From Chloroflexota bacterium (lineage in GTDB: Bacteria; Chloroflexota; Limnocylindria; Limnocylindrales; CSP1-4): 41,814 nt of DNA. Shown here one piece after another: positions 35,376 through 41,814 of the stretch. The position numbers and the translations under genes are program-made. Where the stretch lies: contig JBBDZZ010000028.1 in assembly GCA_040899885.1 (NCBI GenBank), positions 1 to 41,814 on the forward strand. Direction: 5' to 3'. The notes below the pieces were generated by a model. It made no database searches, had not been told where the DNA came from, and saw only the letters and a program-made list of their open reading frames with translations. The number at the start of each line of letters is the position of its first letter. The stretch's first letter is position 1.

Positions 35376-36194
35376 TCAGCCGGTGACGTACTCGGCCCCG
35401 TCCACCCCGATGACGTTGCCGCTGATCCAGTCGGAGTCACCCGACGAGAGCCGGACGATCGCCTCGGCGACGTCCTCGGTCGTCGTCAGCCGTCCGTGCG
35501 GGTTGCGGGCCAGGGTCACCTCGACCATCCGCGCCGCCTCCGGGATCTTGCGGAGCGCCGGCGTGTCCGTGACGCCGGCCCGGATCGCGTTGACCGACAC
35601 TCCCGTCCCGAGCCGGGCGAACTCCATGGCGAGCTGCCGGCAGTGCGCCTCGAGGGCGGCCTTCGCCGCGGACACGACGCCGTACGACGGGATGACCCTG
35701 GTCGAGCCCTCGGACGTCATCGCGTAGATCTTCGAGCCGCGGTCGAAGAACCCGCCGCGATGAAGATCCTGGACCCAGTAGACGAGGCTGTTGGCCATCA
35801 CGTCGAGGGTCATCTCCATCTTCTTGCGGTCGACCGCGGCCTTCGGGTCCTCGGAGAGGAACGGCACGAGCGATCCGAATGCGAGCGAGTGCATGACCAC
35901 TCGGACGTACGGCTTGCGCCCGGCCTGGCGCGAGTCGTCGAAGCGGGTGTTGAGCGCGTCAAGCGCGGCCTTCCGCTTCTCGTCGTCGGCCGCGTTCATG
36001 TTGATGAAGAGCGCCTCGCTGCCCGCGTCGGCGATTCGCTTCTTGACGTCTTCGACGTGCTCGAGCGCGGCCCTGAAGTCGAGGTGGATGCCGGCGATCT
36101 TGTAGCCGGCTTTCGCGAGGGCCACGGAGGTCGCCTCGCCCATGCCGCTCGAGGCGCCGAGGATGAGCGCCCAGCGCTCGCGATCGTCCGTCAT
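35376..36194 (-). CDS. SDR-family oxidoreductase, enoyl-ACP-reductase (FabL/FabI)-like
   Basis: Nucleotide-binding GASSGMG and a Y-x6-K catalytic spacing (YGVVSAAK). Confidence 0.7.
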   Translation of the reverse strand: MTDDRERWALILGASSGMGEATSVALAKAGYKIAGIHLDFRAALEHVEDVKKRIADAGSEALFINMNAADDEKRKAALDALNTRFDDSRQAGRKPYVRVVMHSLAFGSLVPFLSEDPKAAVDRKKMEMTLDVMANSLVYWVQDLHRGGFFDRGSKIYAMTSEGSTRVIPSYGVVSAAKAALEAHCRQLAMEFARLGTGVSVNAIRAGVTDTPALRKIPEAARMVEVTLARNPHGRLTTTEDVAEAIVRLSSGDSDWISGNVIGVDGAEYVTG

Positions 36195-36214
36195 CGCGCG
36201 AGTTTAGCGCGGTA

Positions 36215-37090
36215 CTACGGCCCGATTGTTTCGGCCGGGACCGGAACCGGCTTCACCACTGGCGCAGGAGGTGCCACGAACCCGCCGCCGCCAAGGGTCG
36301 CGCCTGGGTCATCGACGAGGTTCGGCGGCGGTGGCTCGATCGCCACGGGCTCGTTCGGTGCCGCAACTCGGATCCGGACCGCGACACTGGAGCCATCGGC
36401 CGTGCCCGTCGCGACGAGGTCCACGAGCCGGAGGGTGGCCGTGTCGGTGAGGATCTCGAACGAAACAGGCGGGATGCCGGCGGGCTGCAGCTGCGCCGCC
36501 GCGCCGCCCGGCAGCTTGTCGATGCCGGTGAGCCCGACAATGAGCTTCCAGACCTGTGCCGGTGGCAGCCCGACGATGGTCCGGTAGCACCGCCCCGTCG
36601 CGCAGTCTTCGACGCCGCGCAACTCGACAACCGTCTCCGGGTCGTCGACGAGGTCTGCCAGGGCCGCCGGGACGTCCACCGCCGGACCGACCGCGCCTCC
36701 GCCCATCAGGAAGATTCCCGCAATTCCACCCATCGCTGGGACCTTCGACCACCGATCGTTCCCCGAGATCCGGGCGAACCCGAAGCCGTCGGCCTGGATG
36801 TAGTCGAATGCGCCTGTGCCGTCGATTCCCGCGCCCGCCAGGCTCATCTCGCCGGTCCCGAGGTCGAGGACCCCTTCCGCGAAGCCACCCTGGGGATCGC
36901 CCGGGCGGGCCTGTTCGCGGCTCTCGAGGTCGAGGCGGACGCGCATCGACCGCAAGCTGGCGGTCGATTGGATCGTCTTGCCGAGGATCTCGCGCGGGTC
37001 GGTCAGCTCAGGCCCGGCGGGGTTCGGGCTGCAGGCGGCGGCCGTTCCGACGATGGCGACGATCCAGAGCAGCGTGACCAGCCGGCCCAT
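36215..37090 (-). CDS. Lipoprotein, possibly LolA/LppX-LprAFG-like fold, with Pro-rich C-terminal tail
   Basis: ATG at 37090 gives MGRLVTLLWIVAIVGTAAAC (lipobox). The fold assignment is a guess. Confidence 0.55.
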   Translation of the reverse strand: MGRLVTLLWIVAIVGTAAACSPNPAGPELTDPREILGKTIQSTASLRSMRVRLDLESREQARPGDPQGGFAEGVLDLGTGEMSLAGAGIDGTGAFDYIQADGFGFARISGNDRWSKVPAMGGIAGIFLMGGGAVGPAVDVPAALADLVDDPETVVELRGVEDCATGRCYRTIVGLPPAQVWKLIVGLTGIDKLPGGAAAQLQPAGIPPVSFEILTDTATLRLVDLVATGTADGSSVAVRIRVAAPNEPVAIEPPPPNLVDDPGATLGGGGFVAPPAPVVKPVPVPAETIGP

Positions 37091-37189
37091 CCCAGTCCCC
37101 TGTGGCGCAGAAGTCACGAGCCTAGCAGCACCGCCGAACTCGTCGGTTGACGCCACGCACCGACCTATCCATCGGCCGCGACCGGGCCG

Positions 37190-38437
37190 TCAGACGACGC
37201 CGGCGGCCCGGAGCCGCTCGATCTCGTCCGCGGCATAGCCGAGCTCGTCGAGGATCTCGTCCGCCTGCTCCCCGAGGAGCGGCGGCGGTGTCCGGATCGA
37301 TGCCGGTGTGCCCGACAACGTGAACGGGATCCCGACCTGGTCGACCCGACCGAGGCGCGGATGCTCCAGCGGCACACGCATCCCCCGCGCCTTCGCCTGG
37401 GGCGAGGAGAGCGCCGCCGCGACGTCGTTGATCGGCCCGCACGGGACCTCCGCCGCGTCCAGCCGCTTCAGCCAGTCCGCCGAGGATCGCGTCGCGAACC
37501 GCGCGACGAGAAGCTTCCGCAGGTCATCGCGATGGTCGACGCGCGCCCCGTTCGTCGCAAACCGCGGATCCTCGGCGAGCGCCGCGACGTCGAGTGCCTC
37601 GCACAGCCGCCGCCACTGGCGCTCGCTCGCTGCGGCAACGGCGATCTCACCATCCGCGGTCGGGAAGGTCTCGTACGGCACGATGTTCGGGTGGGAGTTG
37701 CCGCGCCGAGCAGGAGCGCGGCCGGTCACGAACGCGTTCTGCGCCTGGTTGACGAGGATCGCGAGCGTCGACTCGAGGATAGAAACGTCGATCCGCCGGC
37801 TCCGGCCCGGCCCGTGCCCGAGGTCCTCCTCCCGCTCGCGGCCCACGAGCGCCCCGAGGACCGCAACCCCGCCGAACAGCCCCGCTGCTACGTCGCTGAT
37901 TGCCACCCCGACTTTTGTCGGCCCCCCGCCGTCCGCGTCGGAACCGCCGGTGATCGACATCAGGCCGCCGGCCGCCTGCGCGACGAAGTCGTAACCGGGC
38001 TTCCCGGCATCGGGGCCGGTGGTGCCGTAGCCGCTGATCGCGAGATGGACGAGCCGGTCGTTCAACTCGGCGAGCGCCTCGTCGTCGAAGCCGAGGCGAG
38101 CGAACGCGCCGACACGGAAGTTCTCGACGAGGACGTCGGCGCGCTCGATGAGCCGGCGCAGGATCCGCCGTCCGTCCTCCTGCCGGAGATCGAGCCGGAT
38201 GCTCCGCTTGTTCCGGTTGACAGACAGGTAGTACGCGGCGGTCCGTGTGCCCTCCGCCTCCGAGCCGACCCACGGCGGGCCCCAGCCGCGGGTCGCGTCA
38301 CCCTCGGGCGGCTCGACCTTCACGACATCCGCTCCGAGATCGGCGAGGAGCATCGTGCAGTACGGGCCGGCGAGGACCGTCGAGCAGTCGGCGACCAGGA
38401 GCCCGGCGAGCGGGCCTGCCGCAGCTTGAGGGGCCAT
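37190..38437 (-). CDS. Family III CoA-transferase (CaiB/BaiF/Frc type)
   Basis: ATG at 38437 (MAPQAAAGPLAGLLV). Motifs GADVVKVEPPEGD and GYDFVAQAAGGLMSITG. Confidence 0.85.
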   Translation of the reverse strand: MAPQAAAGPLAGLLVADCSTVLAGPYCTMLLADLGADVVKVEPPEGDATRGWGPPWVGSEAEGTRTAAYYLSVNRNKRSIRLDLRQEDGRRILRRLIERADVLVENFRVGAFARLGFDDEALAELNDRLVHLAISGYGTTGPDAGKPGYDFVAQAAGGLMSITGGSDADGGGPTKVGVAISDVAAGLFGGVAVLGALVGREREEDLGHGPGRSRRIDVSILESTLAILVNQAQNAFVTGRAPARRGNSHPNIVPYETFPTADGEIAVAAASERQWRRLCEALDVAALAEDPRFATNGARVDHRDDLRKLLVARFATRSSADWLKRLDAAEVPCGPINDVAAALSSPQAKARGMRVPLEHPRLGRVDQVGIPFTLSGTPASIRTPPPLLGEQADEILDELGYAADEIERLRAAGVV

Positions 38438-38469
38438 GCCCCGATGGTAGTCGCCCGTATCCTGTGCCG

Positions 38470-38904
38470 ATGATCCTGCCGCGCTGGGTGTTCCGAATCG
38501 GTTGGGCGGTCCACAAGGGACTCTTCGCGGCGTCCGGCGGACGCATCGGGGCCGAACGGCCGCGCGACGGGAAGGTCGGGACGCTGTTCCTGCTCTCGAC
38601 CGGCCGCAAGAGCGGCACGGTCCGGCGAAACGCGCTGTTCTATCTCGAGGACGGTCCGAACCTCGTCGTCGTCGCGTCGAACGCAGGCGCGAACGTCGAT
38701 CCATCGTGGTGGCGCAACCTCCAGGCACGGCCGGAGGCCGAAGACGAGCTTGGGGTGGATCGCCGACGAATCCGGGCTCGCGCGTCGACCGTCGAGGAGC
38801 GCGCTCGCCTGTGGCCACGGCTCATCGCAGCCAATCCCAGCTACCACGAATACACGCGGGCGACCTCGCGACCGATTTCCGTGGTCGTACTCGAACCCGC
38901 GTAG
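38470..38904 (+). CDS. Deazaflavin(F420)-dependent nitroreductase-family protein (DDN-like)
   Basis: ATG at 38470. VVVASNAGANVDPSWWRNLQARPEA is typical of the family. Confidence 0.75.
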   Translation: MILPRWVFRIGWAVHKGLFAASGGRIGAERPRDGKVGTLFLLSTGRKSGTVRRNALFYLEDGPNLVVVASNAGANVDPSWWRNLQARPEAEDELGVDRRRIRARASTVEERARLWPRLIAANPSYHEYTRATSRPISVVVLEPA

Positions 38905-38913
38905 GATCGAGCG

Positions 38914-39858
38914 ATGCCCAGGCGCAAGACCCTGACGCTGATGACCGTCCACGCCCATCCGGACGACGAGACGATCGGGACCGGCGGGACGATGGCGAAG
39001 GCGATCCGCGATGGGCGCCGCGTGGTGCTCGTGACCTGCACCCGGGGCGAGCTGGGCGAGATCGTCGTCCCCGACCTGGACACCCCCGACAACCACCGCC
39101 GCCTCGGCGAGGTCCGGGCCGGGGAGCTCGAGTCGGCGATGGGCGAGCTTGGGGTGACCGAGTGGGAGAGCCTCGGCTATCGCGACTCGGACATGATGGG
39201 CCGGGCCGGCAACCGCGACCCGCGGTCGTTCTGGCTGGCCGACCTCGACGAAGCCGCGCGCCGCCTTGTGTGGCTGATCCGGACTCATCGGCCGGACGTC
39301 GTCACGACGTACAACGAGTTCGGCGGGTACGGGCATCCCGACCACATCCGAACCCACGACGTCGCGGTCCGCGCATTCCCCCGAGCGGGCGACGCCGCCT
39401 GGTACCCGGAGCAGCTCGCGCCGGAGCACGGCGGAACCGGCCCGCCCGAGGCCGATGGCGGCCTCGCGCCGTGGGCGCCCTCGAAGCTCTATGAGCAGGC
39501 GATCCCGGCCTCGGTCCGCAAGCAGATGGCGGACAAGATGGCCGAGCTCGGCAAGCCGAGCTTCTGGAGTCCGCCGGAGGACGCGACGCCGGAGCAGCGC
39601 ACGGAGTTCGAGGCATACGTCGCGAAGATGCTCGTGCCGGACGAGACGATCACCACCCGGGTCGACATCTCCGACGTCCTCGACGCGAAGTGGCGAGCGC
39701 TACGCCATCACGTCACCCAGATGGCGGAGGACAACCCGTTCATCCAGTTCGGCATCGACGGCTGGCGCGACTTCTGGGCACAGGAGACGTACATCCTGCG
39801 CGAGTCGCGGGTGAAGACGAAACTGCCCGAGACGGATCTCTTCGCCGGCCTCAGCTGA
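38914..39858 (+). CDS. PIG-L family deacetylase/amidase (Mca/MshB-like)
   Basis: AHPDDE and GHPDH zinc-binding motifs. Length and C-terminal domain resemble mycothiol-conjugate amidase-type enzymes. Confidence 0.8.
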   Translation: MPRRKTLTLMTVHAHPDDETIGTGGTMAKAIRDGRRVVLVTCTRGELGEIVVPDLDTPDNHRRLGEVRAGELESAMGELGVTEWESLGYRDSDMMGRAGNRDPRSFWLADLDEAARRLVWLIRTHRPDVVTTYNEFGGYGHPDHIRTHDVAVRAFPRAGDAAWYPEQLAPEHGGTGPPEADGGLAPWAPSKLYEQAIPASVRKQMADKMAELGKPSFWSPPEDATPEQRTEFEAYVAKMLVPDETITTRVDISDVLDAKWRALRHHVTQMAEDNPFIQFGIDGWRDFWAQETYILRESRVKTKLPETDLFAGLS

Positions 39859-40017
39859 AGGCGGTGCGACCGCGCTACCCTCAGTAGCAAATTCGGATCG
39901 AACGGGCGTGGCGGCACGACCAATCTGCTCGATTGGCACTCGACCACACACGATCGAGGCCGGATTCGCTACTACCGGTGGCACACCAGACGCAGGCTGA
40001 GCCTCGCCTGAGGCCAC

Positions 40018-41661
40018 CTACCAGGGCAGGAGGCCCTTCGAGGCGGCGAACACCTGGCCCATGACCACTCTCCCGTCGCCGGCCGGGTCGAGGAAGTTCG
40101 GCTGGGCGCGGTTGAGGATGATGTGCGGGCGCATCCGGATCTGCCGCAGTTCCTTGCCGACGAACGTCAGCTCCAGGGTGATCCCCTCCATCGTCGGCTC
40201 GGACCAGACCTGGTCGAACACGAAGTTCCCGAGCGCGTACCAGATCGGCCGGCCTTTGTAGATCTCCATCGCGGCCGCCCAGTGGGCGTGATTGCCGATC
40301 ACGATGTCCGCGCCGGCGTCGATCGCCGCGCGGGCGAGCCGCTGCTGGCCCGCGAAGGGCGTCGCGTCGTATTCGGTCCCCCAGTGCGGGAAGACGATGA
40401 CGAGATCCGCGCCTGCCTTTCGGGCCGCGGCTACGTCCGCCTTCACGACCGCCGCGGTCATCTGGGCGCTGCCGGCTCGCGTCGCCGACGCCGCGTAGTA
40501 CTTCGCGATCGTGTCGTAGCCGAGTACCGCGACCTTCGTCCCACCCGCATCGAGCATCGCCGGCCGGCGCGCCTGCGCCAGGTTCCTGCCCGCGCCGCTC
40601 CAGGCGATCCCCCGCTTCTCGAGGTTCGCGATCGTCTGGATGATCCCGTTCGCGCCCGCGTCGCGAATGTGGTTGTTGCCGAGTGAGACGTAGTCGATGC
40701 CAGCGTTGCGCAGCCCGTCGATCAGCCTGGGATTGGCCGAGAACACCGTGCCTGTCGTGTGCCACCGGAACCTGTCTGGCGCCGGATTCTCGAAGTTCGC
40801 GATCGCCAGGTCCGCCCCCTTGACCAGCGCCCGAACCACGCCCGCGTTGCCGGTCCGCTTCGTCAGCGGCTGTCGCCAGCCGAACTGCGAGCAGCACGTG
40901 TGGCCGGTGATATCCGCCGTTCCGCCGTTGAAGGGGAAGTCGACGCCCCTGCCCTCGACCGTGACGGTCTTCGCGACGCCGCGGTCGAGCATGATGTCGC
41001 CGCCGGCGAAAAGCGTCCACGCTCCGGCCGGGTCGTATTCGGGCTCCGGCGATGCCGTCCCGGCGGGGACATGCGCAATGAGTGGCCACGCGGCGAGTGT
41101 CGCCACGCGGCCGACCCCGAAGAGCGCGTCGCGGCCCCACGAGAGCGCCCGAACGGAGGGGCCGATCTCGTCGGCGCGCAGGAAACCGAGCCGCTTGCGG
41201 TTGGCGACGAGGTCCTTCGCGAGTTTCGCAGCATCCGGGGCGAGGACGAGCCTGGAGGCGACGGCCGGCCTGGCGACCCCGAGCGCCGCGAGTACCGCGT
41301 CCGCGTCCGAGCCGATGAGCTCGATCGCGTCATACCTCTTGCTTGTGCCCGCGAGGACTGAGCGGACTTCCGCCACGGAGCTTGAGGAGAACTGTGTCCG
41401 GAAATGCGCCACCGGGACGATGGCGACGTCTGCGAGTGCGACCGGCGTCGCGGTGGGCGCGGGCGTCGCGGTGGCCGCGGACTCTGAAGGTGCGACCGCA
41501 GGCGCGGTTTCGGCGGGCGCCGACGAGGGGTTGGACGGGGCGACCGACTCCCCCGATTGAGGGCTCGGGGATGTCCCGGTGGCAGGTAATCCGCAGCCGG
41601 CCGCTACGAGGGCCGCCGCCAGGCTCAGGGCGAGGAAGGCGGCGACCGTTGAGCGCTTCAC
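40018..41661 (-). CDS. CapA (PGA_cap) family lipoprotein, metallophosphatase-like
   Basis: GTG at 41661 (VKRSTVAAFLALSLAAALVAAGCG lipobox). The C-terminal domain carries NNHIRDAG, VIVFPHWGTEY and GNHAHW. The ORF-track extension to 41814 is a read-through of the tRNA. Confidence 0.8.
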   Translation of the reverse strand: MKRSTVAAFLALSLAAALVAAGCGLPATGTSPSPQSGESVAPSNPSSAPAETAPAVAPSESAATATPAPTATPVALADVAIVPVAHFRTQFSSSSVAEVRSVLAGTSKRYDAIELIGSDADAVLAALGVARPAVASRLVLAPDAAKLAKDLVANRKRLGFLRADEIGPSVRALSWGRDALFGVGRVATLAAWPLIAHVPAGTASPEPEYDPAGAWTLFAGGDIMLDRGVAKTVTVEGRGVDFPFNGGTADITGHTCCSQFGWRQPLTKRTGNAGVVRALVKGADLAIANFENPAPDRFRWHTTGTVFSANPRLIDGLRNAGIDYVSLGNNHIRDAGANGIIQTIANLEKRGIAWSGAGRNLAQARRPAMLDAGGTKVAVLGYDTIAKYYAASATRAGSAQMTAAVVKADVAAARKAGADLVIVFPHWGTEYDATPFAGQQRLARAAIDAGADIVIGNHAHWAAAMEIYKGRPIWYALGNFVFDQVWSEPTMEGITLELTFVGKELRQIRMRPHIILNRAQPNFLDPAGDGRVVMGQVFAASKGLLPW

Positions 41662-41714
41662 CGAGTCATTGTGCCATCGGCGGTCGTCCGGCCGACCTGA
41701 GCGGGGGCAGAGGA

Positions 41715-41742
41715 ACGCCCCGCTCGGGCGGGCGAACGGGGC
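41715..41742 (-). terminator. Hairpin downstream of tRNA-Asp
   Basis: 8-bp stem ACGCCCCG / CGGGGCGT with a 12-nt loop, between the tRNA 3' end (41762) and the CapA start. Confidence 0.4.
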
Positions 41743-41761
41743 GTAGATGGAAACGATCTGA

Positions 41762-41814
41762 TGGCGGACCCGACCGGATTCGAACCGGCGATCTCCAGCG
41801 TGACAGGCTGGCAT
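41762..41814 (-). tRNA. tRNA-Asp(GUC), 3' portion only (truncated by window edge)
   Basis: The reverse complement reads ...CCAGC-CTGTCAC-GCTGG-AGATC-GCCGG-TTCGAAT-CCGGT-CGGGTCC-G-CCA. That is an anticodon loop with GTC, a TPsiC arm, the acceptor 3' strand, discriminator G and an encoded CCA. Confidence 0.85.

Noticed and set aside
41662-41814. N-terminal extension of the CapA ORF to the window edge (MPACHAGDRRFESGRVRHQ...).
   Set aside because: That stretch is the reverse-strand translation of tRNA-Asp and its terminator. The lipoprotein signal peptide begins at the GTG at 41661.
1-41814. Scan for CRISPR arrays, IS elements/transposases, integrases, prophage or known defence genes. This included the tRNA-Asp edge as an integration hotspot.
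   Set aside because: No regularly spaced repeats, no transposase- or integrase-like ORFs and no att-like duplication of the tRNA 3' end were seen. The only exact repeat noted is the 12-mer operator pair at 31054-31090.

Overview
This is a very GC-rich (roughly 70%), densely coding chromosomal segment that looks actinobacterial. Supporting that guess are an F420/deazaflavin DDN-family reductase, a PIG-L Mca/MshB-like deacetylase, a CysA/SseA-type rhodanese, an MMPL transporter, and many apparently leaderless starts. I can support about 45 CDS, one truncated tRNA-Asp(GUC) at the right edge, a few hairpin terminators and one well-defined promoter/operator. The content is mostly ordinary metabolism and transport: an APC permease, a PotD-like ABC importer with a coupled HAD hydrolase, and a DUF59/PduO-adenosyltransferase/BI-1 operon. 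It also holds pabB-pabC, a DmpA-like peptidase, a rhodanese, lysine 2,3-aminomutase, an MFS and an MMPL transporter, a Fur-family regulator with a ZnuABC-type metal importer, ribokinase, an SDR, a family III CoA-transferase and CapA. I see no transposase, integrase, CRISPR array, prophage genes or recognisable defence system. Nothing here is a clear-cut novel system. The candidates most worth a second look are: (1) an AbiEii/MenT-like nucleotidyltransferase tightly coupled to a metallophosphoesterase, with no AbiEi-type partner; (2) a DUF433 protein translationally coupled to an unknown helical protein; (3) a kamA locus lacking the usual acetyltransferase, flanked by DUF2255 and a small membrane protein, with an AT-rich palindrome next to its putative leaderless promoter; (4) a GAF / leaderless uORF / MMPL / AttH-like lipoprotein module; (5) a structured, GC-poor 160-nt convergent intergenic region. 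All functional calls come from reading motifs in the supplied translations. No database search was run.
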